A stretch of 64,000 bases of DNA. Source: Candidatus Binatia bacterium. GTDB taxonomy: Bacteria > Desulfobacterota > Binatia > Bin18. The position numbers were made by a program, and so were the translations under genes. Below are positions 39,744-51,200 of the stretch, in pieces (within the stretch, counting starts at the first letter, position 1; every line of letters starts with the position of its first letter). The notes beneath the pieces were generated by a model, which worked only from the letters and a program-made list of their open reading frames with translations, made no database searches and was not told the DNA's origin. The stretch lies in the NCBI GenBank assembly GCA_963666315.2, contig CAXXHG010000046.1:1-64000 (forward strand), given 5' to 3'.

Positions 39744-40409
39744 ATGATTGCCATTATTGATTACGGTATGGGGAATCTGCGCAGCGTTCAAAAAGGCTTT
39801 GAAAAAATGGGCCACGCGGCGGACGTCACCCGTGATGCGCAAAAGATCGAAGCCGCCGCCGGTGTGGTACTCCCTGGCGTGGGTGCATTTGGGGCCTGCA
39901 TGAACGGGCTCGCCGAATGTGGGCTGGTTGAAACTGTTCACCGGGTCGTTGAGCGCGGCACTCCGTTTCTCGGCATTTGTGTAGGGATGCAGATTTTGTT
40001 TTCCGAAAGTATTGAGTTCGGCCGGGTCCAAGGCCTCGATATTCTCAAGGGAACGGTGAGGCGTTTCGATCTTGCCACTCTACACGGCAATAAGATTCCG
40101 CACATGGGCTGGAATCAGCTTCATCTGGAACATCGGGAACAGCGCCCGCCGCATCTTGACGGTATCGAAGAGGGCGAGTGCGTATACTTCGTCCATTCCT
40201 ACTACCCCATTCCGGATGACGCCAAGATCATTGCGACCACGACAGAGTACGGCACGACCTTTGCCTCCAGCGTATGGTCGGGCAACGTATTCGCCACACA
40301 ATTCCACCCGGAAAAGAGCCAAACTGTCGGTCTGCGCATTCTTGCCAATTTCGGCAACCTGGTCAAAGACCACATGTTGGGCACCACCTCCCTACCCCCT
40401 AACCCCTAA
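39744..40409 (+). CDS. hisH: IGP synthase glutaminase subunit
   Basis: DYGMGNL, PGVGAF, GICVGMQ, PHMGWN, QFHPEKS. Confidence 0.97.
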   Translation: MIAIIDYGMGNLRSVQKGFEKMGHAADVTRDAQKIEAAAGVVLPGVGAFGACMNGLAECGLVETVHRVVERGTPFLGICVGMQILFSESIEFGRVQGLDILKGTVRRFDLATLHGNKIPHMGWNQLHLEHREQRPPHLDGIEEGECVYFVHSYYPIPDDAKIIATTTEYGTTFASSVWSGNVFATQFHPEKSQTVGLRILANFGNLVKDHMLGTTSLPPNP

Positions 40410-40421
40410 TCCTGCGCTTTT

Positions 40422-41153
40422 ATGCTTATTATTCCTGCAATTGATCTTAAAGCTGGCCAGTGTGTCCGTCTGTATCAAGGCGATATGGACCAGGCTACTG
40501 TCTATTCAGAAGACCCGGTCGCCACCGCTTTGCGTTGGCAACAGGAAGGCGCACAGCGTCTGCACATCGTCGACCTTGACGGTGCCGTCTCCGGCGCAGG
40601 CGTCAACACCGCGGCTATTGGTCAGATCTGTCGAGCGCTAACCATTCCAGTCCAGGTCGGCGGAGGCATACGCAGCCTCTCAAGCCTGGAGCATATTTTG
40701 TCTCTGGGCGTAAGCCGGGCGATTCTCGGTACGGTGGCCCAACGTCAACCAGAGGTCGTTGCCGAGGCCTGCAAACGATTTCCAGGCCAAATCACAGTCG
40801 GCATAGACGCACGCAACGGCAAAGTTGCTGTCCAGGGTTGGACCGAATCGACCGATTTGGATGCCATTCAACTGGCAAAACGCTGTCAGGACTACGGTGT
40901 GGGTGAGATTGTGTATACCGACATTTCCCGGGACGGCACCGAACGGGGGGTCAATCGCGAGGAGACCGGCGCGCTCGCCCAGGCCATTAGCGTGCCGGTG
41001 ATCGCATCTGGCGGGGTCGCCAGCGCTGCCGACATTGAGCTCCTGCTCCCGCTCGAGGCGCACGGCGTTATGGGCGTGATTATCGGACGCGCGCTGTATA
41101 CCGGTGCGGTGCAATTGGACGCGGCTATTCGAATAGGCACCAGTCTAGCCTAG
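40422..41153 (+). CDS. hisA: ProFAR isomerase
   Basis: PAIDL, HIVDLDGA, VGGGIR, YTDISRDG, ASGG. Confidence 0.96.
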   Translation: MLIIPAIDLKAGQCVRLYQGDMDQATVYSEDPVATALRWQQEGAQRLHIVDLDGAVSGAGVNTAAIGQICRALTIPVQVGGGIRSLSSLEHILSLGVSRAILGTVAQRQPEVVAEACKRFPGQITVGIDARNGKVAVQGWTESTDLDAIQLAKRCQDYGVGEIVYTDISRDGTERGVNREETGALAQAISVPVIASGGVASAADIELLLPLEAHGVMGVIIGRALYTGAVQLDAAIRIGTSLA

Positions 41154-41250
41154 CTCTCTCGTCCTTTACTCAACTCGCTAAAACAACAGTATTTTCTCCT
41201 AACGTCGAAGATTATCTCGAAATATCCGATAATTCACCAGAGGATAAAGC

Positions 41251-42733
41251 CACTAAGCTCAACGGCCTCCTCGTGCCGGGCGGGGATGTGGAATCTTTTC
41301 TCATCAGGCCGGACAGTCAGCGGGTGGTGTATGTCGCGGATCAGGACGAGGATCAGGTGTTTGAGGTGTACAGCGTGCCGCTGGGCGGCGGGACCGTCAC
41401 CAAGCTCAACGACCTGCTGGTGGCAAGCGGGGATGTGTTCGCTTTTCGCATCGGCCCAGGCAGTCAGCAGGTGGTATACGTGGCGGACCAGGACACAACT
41501 GGGGTGGATGAGCTGTACAGTGTGCCGCTAGGTGGCGGGACCGTGACCAAGCTCAATGGCCCGCTCGTAACCGGCGGGGATGTCATCGCCAATTTTTTCA
41601 TCAGCCCGAACAGTGGGCCGGTACTGTACCGGGCAGACCAGGACACGAATAATGTGCTTGAGCTGTACACGGACATCTTACAGGCCGAACTCAAAGCCCT
41701 GTTTGAGAGTCCGCTCGCAAATGCCGTCGCAGCCGGCATCGCCCTCATCCGGGGCTGGGCGTTTGACACGGTGGCCGGCGAGGTCATCGCCTCGGTGCAA
41801 CTCTTTATTGACGGAGTCCTGGACGCGGATGCGACGTGTTGTTCCGAGCGCAATGACGTGCGTGCGGCTTTTCCCGCCTTTCCGGCTCCGAACACGCTCA
41901 ATAGCGGCTGGGGGCTGACGAAGAACTGGGGCAATGAGGCCAGCGGGCCGCACACGGTGCGGGTAGAGATTACGAGCACCTCGGGCCAGGTGTTTCGTGA
42001 GAGCCGCACGGTCACGGTGGTGAAACCGGGCGACTTCGGGTTCTTGGATCAGTTTACGCTCAGTGGGGCTACGGCTGGAATTGTGGGCCAGCAGCTGCAA
42101 CTGGCCAGCGTGCAGATTCGAGATTCGGCCAGTCATGCTACGGCCACAGTGGATATGGCCTATATCTGGCAGCCCCCGTCACAACAGTTTGAGTTACAGA
42201 CCAGTACGGTGCTGGCCCAAACTGCTGCGCAGCGAACGTGGGCGTTCCAGACCTGGTGGCAGGCGCTGCAAACTCTGTTTACCCCGGCCAGTGTGTCCGC
42301 GCAGGGCCTGGGCCTGCGGATCGCGTGGGAGGGGCCAGTGGCCGGACCGGTCGGCGGGGTGGATCTGGTGCGCGGCTGGGGCTATGAGCAGGCACCGGCC
42401 GAGGAGCTCGCCACGATCCGGTTCTTTATCGACAGTGTGCAAAATGCCGTGGTGGTATGTTGTTCGCCGCGCCCAGATGTGGCTGCGGCCTTTCCGGCGG
42501 ATGTGAACGCCCTGCTCAGTGGCTGGGGGCTAACGTTGAACTGGGGCAATCTGAGCAGCGGGCCGCATACGGTACGGATAGAGATTACGAGTACGTCGGG
42601 CGAGGTGTTGAGTGAGAGCCGGATGGTGACGGTGACCGAAGCGGGGACGGCCAACACCGCACAGGTGACGCTACGCCTGCGCCGGGACGTCGGCGCCCAG
42701 GCGTTGCGCCTCGTCAGGACAACCACGTCGTGA
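41251..42733 (+). pseudogene. Truncated repetitive surface/secreted protein (propeller repeats plus two CC-containing Ig-like domains)
   Basis: Begins mid-repeat (TKLNGLLV); VYVADQD...ELYSVPLGGGTVTKLN x3; IRGW...CCS.R.DV..AFP...SGWGLT.NWGN..SGPHTVR.EI x2; second copy shortened. Confidence 0.65.
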
Positions 42734-42945
42734 TGACAGCGTCGTCATCACGACGACCGCACAGTCGGGTTATGTCGTGCGTATCGTCAGTTTTTGCTGC
42801 GATCGTGACGACCGATCCGAACACGAGGGAAATACGGTAGCTCGTCGGCTTCGGCAGTGGACTCCGGATGCGGTCGATGCCTCGCTCTCTCGTTCTCGCT
42901 ATCGAATGGTTGGGTCTATTCTTCGGGCTGCGGAGTGGCAGATTC

Positions 42946-43362
42946 CTACTCGACCTGTTCTTGCATACGTTGAAACGTCTGCAGCAAGTCGGTCGAGGTC
43001 AGGATGCCACACAGCCGCCCGTTCTCATCAACGACGGGCAGACAGTTGATACGGCGGCTCAGCATCTGACCCGTGGCCTCAGACAGCAAGGTTTCCGGTC
43101 GTATCGTCACAACCTCATGCCACATCACATCCGCGACGGTTGCTGACCTAAGGTCAGCCCCGCTGCTCATAAAACGAAGCATATCTCGGTCAGAAATCAC
43201 ACCAGCCAGGCGTGCATCAGTTTCAGTCACAACGAGATGCCGAAAACGGTGCCGCGCTAAAAGGGCCAAGGCTTCAGTAAACGGCGCCGGCGGCGTGAGC
43301 GTCACAACCTCGTGCGTCATCACATCTTGCGCCTGTCGAGGCAGATTGATCTGTGCTGACAT
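42946..43362 (-). CDS. CBS-domain pair protein
   Basis: DVMTHEVVT, RHLVV, GVISDRD, CLPVVD, GILTSTD. Confidence 0.9.
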   Translation of the reverse strand: MSAQINLPRQAQDVMTHEVVTLTPPAPFTEALALLARHRFRHLVVTETDARLAGVISDRDMLRFMSSGADLRSATVADVMWHEVVTIRPETLLSEATGQMLSRRINCLPVVDENGRLCGILTSTDLLQTFQRMQEQVE

Positions 43363-43537
43363 GGGATCTTTCCAACTTTATCAGAAAACCCGCTGAGCCA
43401 CTGAGCGGTTGAGCTAAAGCGATCCTAGCATAAGACCATTGAGTGCGACACTACAGGTACGGATCGTACCATATCGCTCTTGGCTCCTTGTCGCCTCCTA
43501 CTCGCTTCGCTTACAATATGGATAAGGGGCGATATCC

Positions 43538-44491
43538 ATGGCACAAGGGTTACACCCGCTTCGTCGTATACGACAAGCGCTAATTCGGCAGTTTGCGAGT
43601 CTCCTGACCAAGCCGCTCAAGAACTATGCCTTTCGTTTTCCCAACGACCTGGATGCGCTCAAGGGCCAAATCCAGAAAGGTGATATTCTTCTGGTTGAGG
43701 GGTCACAACGAATTAGTGAAGTTATTAAATACCTCACCCAGAGTTCCTGGTCACACTCGGCTCTCTATATTGGTGATGAGCTGATTCGGCGTAAACATCC
43801 TTTGGCAGGCCAAGCGCAAGCCGACCATGGCGAAGACGCAAAATTCCTTTTGGTTGAAGCGCTGGTTGCAGAAGGTGTGGTGCTGTCTCCCCTGTCCAAA
43901 TACGCTGAGTATAATATCCGTTTATGTCGACCTCACAATTTACAGCCAGAACACTTGCAGGTCATTCTGGACGATGTGATCAGTCAGCTCGGCTATACCT
44001 ATGATCTCCAGAACGTCCTTGATCTGGCACGCTATTTCCTCCCGGTGAGCCTCGTTCCGCGTCGCTTCCGCCGCAGCGTGCTCCACTTTGGAAATGGACT
44101 CCCGACTCAAGTCATTTGCTCCAGCATGTTCGCTACGGCGTTTGGCAAAGTCGGCTTTCCCATCTTGCCGCACGTAGAGTCGGACCCTGCCTCTCAAGAG
44201 CCGCCGCCGCCCTTACTGCGGCGGCTGTTCTCCAAACTTGGAGGTGTCACCTCACACCCCATCTTTCGCCGACGCCATCCAACCTTGATTACGCCTCGTG
44301 ATTTTGACCTCTCGCCATACTTCGACACCATAAAATTCAATATTATTGCCTCGCGACGTTTCGATTATCGCAATATCGTGTGGGCCGAAGATGTTGGAGT
44401 AGTAAGCGCCGCATCTGCTGAAACAGATGCGGTCGCAGATCGCCAAGCACCCGCCCTTCCCTCGCCTGGAGACCCCCAACCCACTTCTTAG
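43538..44491 (+). CDS. Permuted papain-like amidase (YiiX/YebB NlpC/P60-like)
   Basis: [35 protein letters not shown]. Confidence 0.85.
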   Translation: MAQGLHPLRRIRQALIRQFASLLTKPLKNYAFRFPNDLDALKGQIQKGDILLVEGSQRISEVIKYLTQSSWSHSALYIGDELIRRKHPLAGQAQADHGEDAKFLLVEALVAEGVVLSPLSKYAEYNIRLCRPHNLQPEHLQVILDDVISQLGYTYDLQNVLDLARYFLPVSLVPRRFRRSVLHFGNGLPTQVICSSMFATAFGKVGFPILPHVESDPASQEPPPPLLRRLFSKLGGVTSHPIFRRRHPTLITPRDFDLSPYFDTIKFNIIASRRFDYRNIVWAEDVGVVSAASAETDAVADRQAPALPSPGDPQPTS

Positions 44492-44538
44492 CGGCCGCCT
44501 CTCTTGACACCGTATCCCAAACCCCAGACACTTCAGCC

Positions 44539-45312
44539 ATGCTGTGTAAGCGCATTATTCCGTGCCTAGACGTAAAAGACGGCCGCGTGGTTAAAGGCGT
44601 CAATTTTATGGATTTGCGCGATGCCGGAGATCCCGTCGCAGTAGCTCAACGGTATGACGAAGAAGGTGCAGATGAGCTCACTTTTTTGGATATCACAGCC
44701 TCACACGAACGCCGGCAAATCATTCTGGATGTAGTCCGGAAAACAGCTGAAACCGTTTTCATGCCCCTCACTGTTGGCGGGGGCGTGCGCGAAAATCAGG
44801 ATATTCGTAACCTGCTCAACGCAGGTGCCGACAAAGTATCTATCAACACCGCTGCGGTGACTCGGCCCGAGTTTGTCAAACAGGCCGCGCAGCGGTTTGG
44901 CAGTCAGTGCATCGTGGTTGCCATTGATGCCAAGCGCAAGCTGGATTCCACACCGCTGAGCTGGGAGGTCTATATTCACGGCGGACGTACGCCAACGGAC
45001 ATCGACGCCGTAGAATGGGCCCAGCGCGTGGAGAGCTATGGGGCGGGTGAAATCCTGCTTACGAGCATGGACCGGGACGGCACCAAGGAGGGGTATGATA
45101 TTGCATTGACTCGTGCGATTTCTGAAGCAGTCACGATTCCAGTCATTGCTTCCGGCGGCGTGGGGAATCTCCAGCATATGTATGAAGGGCTTACTGCCGG
45201 GAAAGCCGATGCTGCGCTGGCAGCATCTATTTTTCACTATGCTGAATATACCATACGAGAGTGTAAGGCATTCTTAGCCGAGCGTGGGGTACGGGTTCGG
45301 CGTCAAAATTGA
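44539..45312 (+). CDS. hisF: IGP synthase cyclase subunit
   Basis: [33 protein letters not shown]. Confidence 0.98.
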   Translation: MLCKRIIPCLDVKDGRVVKGVNFMDLRDAGDPVAVAQRYDEEGADELTFLDITASHERRQIILDVVRKTAETVFMPLTVGGGVRENQDIRNLLNAGADKVSINTAAVTRPEFVKQAAQRFGSQCIVVAIDAKRKLDSTPLSWEVYIHGGRTPTDIDAVEWAQRVESYGAGEILLTSMDRDGTKEGYDIALTRAISEAVTIPVIASGGVGNLQHMYEGLTAGKADAALAASIFHYAEYTIRECKAFLAERGVRVRRQN

Positions 45313-45333
45313 ACGAGTTTTCAGGAGGGATAT

Positions 45334-46206
45334 ATGGCCAAGATCATGATAGAGGCGGCGATCAATGGGAATGCGGATAAGGCGCTCAACCCCCATATCG
45401 CCTATAGCCCCGAGGATATTGCCAACGACGCGATTGCCACCTGCCGGGCGGGCGCGGCCGCTGTTCATTTTCATGTCCGTAATCCTGAGACCGGCGAATG
45501 GGTCCAGGATGTATCGTATTACAGCGAGGTGTTTAAGCGGACGCGGGCACAGTGCAATCCCATCTTGTGGCCCACGTTTCCTTTTGGCGACGATCCGGTC
45601 AAACGATTTGCACATTTCCTGGAATTGGCAAAAGACCCTGCAACCAAACCTGATCTGGGCTGGGCAGACCCCGGCTCAGTGAATCTGGTTTCTTATGATG
45701 CACGCACGAAAACCCTCTCCGGAGGAAACTTCGTCTATCAAAATTCTCACGATGCCAATCGGTATTTTCTCGAACAGTCACGAGAGTGCGGGGTGAGACC
45801 GACCCTCCAGATTTTTGACCCGAGCTTCCTGCGCGCTGTTTTGGTTTTTCTTGACCAAGGGCTCCTGACCGAACCCCTGTTGCTCAAGTTTTATTTCGGT
45901 GGACCAGAACTGCCTTTCGGGCTCCCGCCTTCACTCAAAAGCCTGGAAGCGTATTTGGACATGCTGACAGGCGTGCGCTGCAACTGGTTTGCCGCCACCC
46001 TGGGCGGAGACAATCTGCCCCTTATTCCGCAGATTATCAGCTTGGGCGGCCATGTCCGATTGGGACTTGAAGATTATCAGTACGCGCACGGCGGACAGTT
46101 GACCAATCCCCAACTCGTCGAACGTGCCGTTGCCACGATTACAGGTATGGGACATGAGGTCGCCACTCCAGACGAAGCACGTGAGACCATCCAAGTCGCA
46201 GTATAG
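45334..46206 (+). CDS. Beta-keto acid cleavage enzyme (BKACE/DUF849)
   Basis: EAAING, GAAAVHFHVR, GGHVRLGLED, N.QLVERA, ATPDEAR. Confidence 0.9.
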   Translation: MAKIMIEAAINGNADKALNPHIAYSPEDIANDAIATCRAGAAAVHFHVRNPETGEWVQDVSYYSEVFKRTRAQCNPILWPTFPFGDDPVKRFAHFLELAKDPATKPDLGWADPGSVNLVSYDARTKTLSGGNFVYQNSHDANRYFLEQSRECGVRPTLQIFDPSFLRAVLVFLDQGLLTEPLLLKFYFGGPELPFGLPPSLKSLEAYLDMLTGVRCNWFAATLGGDNLPLIPQIISLGGHVRLGLEDYQYAHGGQLTNPQLVERAVATITGMGHEVATPDEARETIQVAV

Positions 46207-46208
46207 GC

Positions 46209-46766
46209 ATGCCGAAAGACCAAGCCACCCTCATCGCGCAGATTCACGCGAGCCCATTGATGGCGGTGCTGGTCGTGACAGGCGGTGGCACGCAAGCGCT
46301 GGCTGACTTGTTGGCTGTCCCTGGGGCATCACGCACCGTGCTGGAAGCCTTGGTTCCATACAGTGCAGCCGCACTCACAGAGTTCCTGGGGACGCTACCA
46401 AACCAAGTAGTCTCGATAGAAACCGCGGCGGCCCTGGCCCGGGCCGCTTATCAACGCGCGTCGACATTACACCATGAGCAGGAGACCCCGCTCGTCGGAG
46501 TCGCTTGCACCGCCGCTCTCGTGACAGACCGGCCCAAAAAAGGCGAGCACCGCGCGCACCTAGGGGTCAGTTCCTCAGATGAAACACGCGTTTACTCGCT
46601 GACCCTGACAAAGGGCGGCCGTGATCGGCGGGCGGAAGAACGCGTCGTGAGTGATCTTGTGTTGGACGTTCTCGCGCTAGCATGCGGAATTCCGGTTGCC
46701 CTGAACGCCTCGCTGCTGACAGAGGAGCGTGTCACTATACAGGCTATGCCGTCGCCCGCAGGATAG
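46209..46766 (+). CDS. CinA-like domain protein
   Basis: VTGGG, VPGASRTVLEA.VPY, RPKKGEHRAH, R.AEE. Confidence 0.7.
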   Translation: MPKDQATLIAQIHASPLMAVLVVTGGGTQALADLLAVPGASRTVLEALVPYSAAALTEFLGTLPNQVVSIETAAALARAAYQRASTLHHEQETPLVGVACTAALVTDRPKKGEHRAHLGVSSSDETRVYSLTLTKGGRDRRAEERVVSDLVLDVLALACGIPVALNASLLTEERVTIQAMPSPAG

Positions 46767-46969
46767 CCTCCTCCCGTCCAGAGTGCAGCCAGAGTGTGGC
46801 CCAAGTATGAATTGCCTGCTAAGTTTCAGCCGTTGCCCCACTATCTCGGTAGAATAATGAGAAGAGGCCCCAAGCAAGAAGCCCCGGCCCTCTTGCTTGG
46901 GCAATCCGCAGCCCATACAAAATAGGGAAGTTTTTAATATTATCTTTCTTCTGGAATGCGAAGGAATGT

Positions 46970-47548
46970 ATGAAAATTGGCATTGTTTCTGACATCCATG
47001 CTGATGCTGGAGCGCTGAGACGTATTCTGGACGACATGCCGTCAACGGACCTGTTGTTATGTCCGGGCGATGCGATCAGTGAGTATCGATTCTGCCCTGA
47101 CACGATCTCTATTCTGCAAGACGAAAAATTCCTGTGCATTCAGGGCAATCATGAGGTCGTCCTGTTTGGTGGCCGGAATCCAGCTTATTTAAAGAAATGT
47201 CAGGAGACTTTTCCCGCAGCCTCCCTCGCCTTTCTTGCCCAGGCGCCGCTCACGCGTGAACTCGAATGTGGCAAGCTCAAGATCCTCATGATCCATGCCA
47301 GCCCGTGGGAGCCGTATGACGAGTATATCTATCCGGGCAGTAAGCTTTTAAACGAATTTTCCGCCCTGCCCTACGACATGGTCTGCTTTGGTCATACTCA
47401 CGTCCCTCTCGTCCACACAGCCGGAGACGTTGTAGTCATCAACCCAGGCTCGTGTTCACAACCACGTGACCAGGACCGGCGTGGTGCCTATGCTCTTTTT
47501 GACACCCAGACGAAAGAAGCCACGATCCACCGCGTAGCCCTTCATTGA
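46970..47548 (+). CDS. Metallophosphoesterase (YfcE/MJ0936-like)
   Basis: SDIHA, GD, GNHE, HASP, GHTH, NPGS. Confidence 0.92.
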   Translation: MKIGIVSDIHADAGALRRILDDMPSTDLLLCPGDAISEYRFCPDTISILQDEKFLCIQGNHEVVLFGGRNPAYLKKCQETFPAASLAFLAQAPLTRELECGKLKILMIHASPWEPYDEYIYPGSKLLNEFSALPYDMVCFGHTHVPLVHTAGDVVVINPGSCSQPRDQDRRGAYALFDTQTKEATIHRVALH

Positions 47549-47673
47549 TTTTGGTCTCCGTCCACGTAATCATGTGGATTGTCCACGCTTGCTCCTGATC
47601 ATGTGCACCTCTACACACGAACAGGACGCACTTCTTCTGTCGTCGCAGTCAGGAAGGAAAGAGGAAGTATTCC

Positions 47674-48969
47674 ATGCAAAAACAGCAGCCTGGCCGTCCC
47701 GAGTCTCTCCAGTCGGAAGAGCAGCCTATACAGCCTACCAGCCGTCGCCGGTTTCTAAGAAATGCGGCGCTTGGAGCTGTAGGCAGCGGTGCGGCCCTTG
47801 CCGCTGGCTGTGAGTATCAAACCCAGCTCTTTCTTTTGAGTCGGACGGAAACAGAGGCGGAAGAGCCGAGTCCGGACTGGCAGACGGCCCGTATTCGCAG
47901 CTACCGGCCACTAGGAAACACCGGCCTGGAAATATCTGATATTTCGTTTGGCTGTTCAGGCCTTGATAATCCAGATGTTGTCAAACGCGCCCTGGACCGA
48001 GGGATCAACTATTTCGACACCTCACCAGATTACTCGCGGGCCGGTTCGGAAAAAGCGTTGGGCCAGGGGATTAGAGGCTATCAACGCGATAGGCTGTGTA
48101 TCGTCTCGAAGTTTTGTACAACGGGGGGACATCTGAGCAATACCACCCCGGTCAAAGACGTCATGGCTGCAGTTGAAGCGAGTCTGCAACGCATCGGTAC
48201 CGACTATCTTGACCTGGCCCACATCCATGCCTGCAATTCCATAGATCGCCTCATGAATCCGAATATTCACGAAGCGTTTGATCGTCTCAAGGAGCAGGGC
48301 AAGCTCCGCTTTTTGGGCGTTTCGTCTCATACGCCTCGGCTGGAAGAGGTCATGCGGCATGCCGTCGATAGCGGACGCTTTGACGTCATTATGGTCGCCT
48401 ATAATTTTCGCAATTGGCCCGAGCTGAGCACTATTTTCCACGACGCCAAAGAGAAGGGCGTCGGTGTGGTTGCCATGAAAACGCTCAAAGGCGCCAGACA
48501 TACGGCGCTATCAGACTTCACGCCAACACAGCGTGTATCCTTTTCCCAGGCAGCCTTTAAGTGGGTGCTGTCCAATTCCGATGTCAGCGGCCTTGTCGTG
48601 ACCATCGGTTCGTTCAACCAAATCGACGAATATCTGTACGCCTCTGACCAGCAGTTCCAGCAAGCCGATCTGGACCTGCTCGACAAATATGATCGTCTTG
48701 TTGCCAACGACTACTGTCCGCCCGGCTGCGGCGAGTGCTTGGCGTCGTGTCCGTCCAACGTTCCGGTCGATGATATCCTGCGCTACGCGATGTATTATGA
48801 GAACTACGGTCAGCAGCGGGTTGGCATGGAAGAGTACGCCAAAATTGCGAGTCAGCACAACGTCTCGCAGTGCGTTGACTGTCGCGCCCCGTGCGAGCAG
48901 GCCTGTCCGCACGAGCTACCGATCAAGGCAAAGTTGCTCCGAGTGGATCAACTGCTTCGACTTGCGTAA
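47674..48969 (+). CDS. Aldo/keto reductase with C-terminal 4Fe-4S domain and twin-arginine leader
   Basis: SRRRFLR, GINYFDTSPDY, SK, CPPGCGECLASCP, CVDCRAPCEQACP. Confidence 0.88.
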   Translation: MQKQQPGRPESLQSEEQPIQPTSRRRFLRNAALGAVGSGAALAAGCEYQTQLFLLSRTETEAEEPSPDWQTARIRSYRPLGNTGLEISDISFGCSGLDNPDVVKRALDRGINYFDTSPDYSRAGSEKALGQGIRGYQRDRLCIVSKFCTTGGHLSNTTPVKDVMAAVEASLQRIGTDYLDLAHIHACNSIDRLMNPNIHEAFDRLKEQGKLRFLGVSSHTPRLEEVMRHAVDSGRFDVIMVAYNFRNWPELSTIFHDAKEKGVGVVAMKTLKGARHTALSDFTPTQRVSFSQAAFKWVLSNSDVSGLVVTIGSFNQIDEYLYASDQQFQQADLDLLDKYDRLVANDYCPPGCGECLASCPSNVPVDDILRYAMYYENYGQQRVGMEEYAKIASQHNVSQCVDCRAPCEQACPHELPIKAKLLRVDQLLRLA

Positions 48970-49026
48970 ACGAAAGAGGAAAGCCAGCCTTCCGCTTGTC
49001 CTCACCCGACAACCGCGCTCACCGCT

Positions 49027-50004
49027 TCACGAAGCAGCCAGCGCACTATTTGTCGTGCGTTTGCCGTCCTTGGTCATATGACAGGTGCAGTCACGGCCAT
49101 ATAGACCGTAGCGATGTAAGATGGATTTTATCTTTTCTGGGATGCGATCAAGTAGTGTGCCTTTTAAGCTAATACTAAACGTATTGACGCTAATAGATGC
49201 GCTCAGAGATTCGACTTCGTGCCACCAGCCGCGCGGTATATACAACATCTGCCCGGAGTTGAGGTGAGAGGTTTGCATACGAACCTCGGCAAAACGAGGA
49301 AATTTCTGCGGATCGTATCGTCGTGAGTCGATTTGGCTCAACTTTGACCCATAGTCGAACTTCGTGCTGGGATACATGCAGGCTGACTACTCGGGCGAAA
49401 CGAGCCGAACAAATTTTTGACCGCAAACCTGGGCTAATAGACCATCCGCGTAGTCGAAGTGGAAACCAGTAAAGGTTCCTTTCGGTCCGATCCAGCCCAG
49501 CATAATGTTTTTCCATTTAGGCTGAGTGAGGACCTCAAGATAGGCTTCGACCAGCTGCGCCAGGCGGTATTCTTTCGAGTAGGTCTCAGCCTCAGCATCA
49601 TAAAATATGGGATAATCCTGCAGGTGTTGTTCCGCAACGATTTGTATCGCTAAATGCCGACTGCGCAGAATTTCATACTGGGTCTCATAGTAATCGTGGG
49701 CATCAGTTCCCAGTGACTCAGACAAGACCTTGCGGATGTCCAAGATCGCGGGCGACCGTTCTTCAATCAGCAGGGTGGCAGAAGCGGTATAGACGGGCGT
49801 CATGAAAAAGGTCCCGATGCCCACACACAGCACCACAACGGCAAAAAAGACGGCGATCTGCCATTTTCGTTTCGTCAGCACCTGCCAGTAGCGTTGGAGG
49901 TTCAGGCTATTGTCGCCCGGCCGGAACTGATCGAATCCCGCCGGCCCTCCATCCGTTAGGACAAGAGTCGATGGGGCCGCATAGGGAGTGATGTCTCTCA
50001 CCAT
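49027..50004 (-). pseudogene. Chimera of Wzc/GumC N-terminus and JmjC (cupin-8) C-terminal half, with in-frame TAG at 49387-49389
   Basis: YWQVL.KRKW..TM..TPVYTASATLLIE..YETQYEILRSR, then WIGPKGTFTGFHFD...PE*...LYIPRGWWHEVESL. Confidence 0.75.
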
Positions 50005-50013
50005 CTTTCTCCT

Positions 50014-51200
50014 CTATGGAACCACAGAAGCGCCGATACTGAGCACGCGCGTCGCAAAGTCATACAGCCCGTAGAAAATGAGTTTTCCGGTGGAAGAGGG
50101 GACCTCAATCACATCACCCGCTTGGACCGGCATATCGGACGCCTCACCACGCAGAATTCTTTCGAGGTCAGGCGACAGCACCTGGGTTTGCCCCTCACGG
50201 TCCGTACGAATCACTTTCACGATCCAGTTATCAGCGACAAATCGGGGCCCTCCGGCAGCAGCAATCGCACCAATAATCGTCAGCCCTGGGGTGATGGGAT
50301 AGGTGCCAGGCTGCTTGAGCCAGCCTTCCACCAGTACGCCACCAGCATCAGGCGCGATAATGACGTCTTGCGGGCGAACGGGGAGGGCAAGATAGATTTG
50401 ATCGCCGCCTTTGATCAGGTTCTGAACATCGATGATAATGGGCTCCCCGCGTTCCGCCAAAGAGGATGCTCGGAGAGAAGAGGACGTCAGAGGGACGGAG
50501 AACGGGACCGAATTCGCGTGTTGCCCTGCATCCCCCGCCGGCAGAAAATGAATCTGGGCCGCAGCTTTCTCGGTTCGTCCACCTGCCAGGGACAGCACAT
50601 CGAGAATCGTATCTGTCCGGCTGGTGGGGCTATAGAGTCCAGGCTTTTCGACCGCACCGACCACGGCAACTTGTCGGCTGCGATACTCACGCACAGAGAG
50701 GTTCACCTGGGATTATCCATATAGTCCCGTTCGAGCCGACTTCGAATCGCTTCCTTAAGGGTCTTTTCGGTCAGTCCACCGGCCTGCATGATGCCGATGA
50801 ACGGCAAGGAGATCGTGCCTTCTCGGGAGACACGCACAATATGGCCGGTATCAGATTGGCGTTCGAGCTCTACCATGCCCGGTACAGAAATCTCCAATAC
50901 GTCTCCGGGTCCAAGCGGATAATCTGCCGTCATGCTGTCCCCAGCTCGCTGAGCCCATAACTGCGCCAGTCGAGCTTCATCACGCTGAGCATGGCTGCGT
51001 GGGCTGTCCGTGCCCACGGGCGTGGGAGTAGTCGCCGGACTTTGTCTGAGAGACGCAGAGTGAGACCCGGTTGACTGAACGCTGGTCGTGCAGCCAGCTA
51101 CACACAGGATCACACCCACACCGAGAACAGCATGACCAAAAGGCGTCGGGCAGAGGTTCCGAATATGCAAAAAGAGGTTGGAAATTTTATCCATACACAA
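50014..51200 (-). pseudogene. wza: Polysaccharide export lipoprotein (Wza/SLBB), frameshifted near 50705
   Basis: Lipobox VAGC, DYPLGPGDVLEISV, GTISLPFIG in one frame; VVGAVEKPG and SLBB repeats in the next. Confidence 0.85.
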
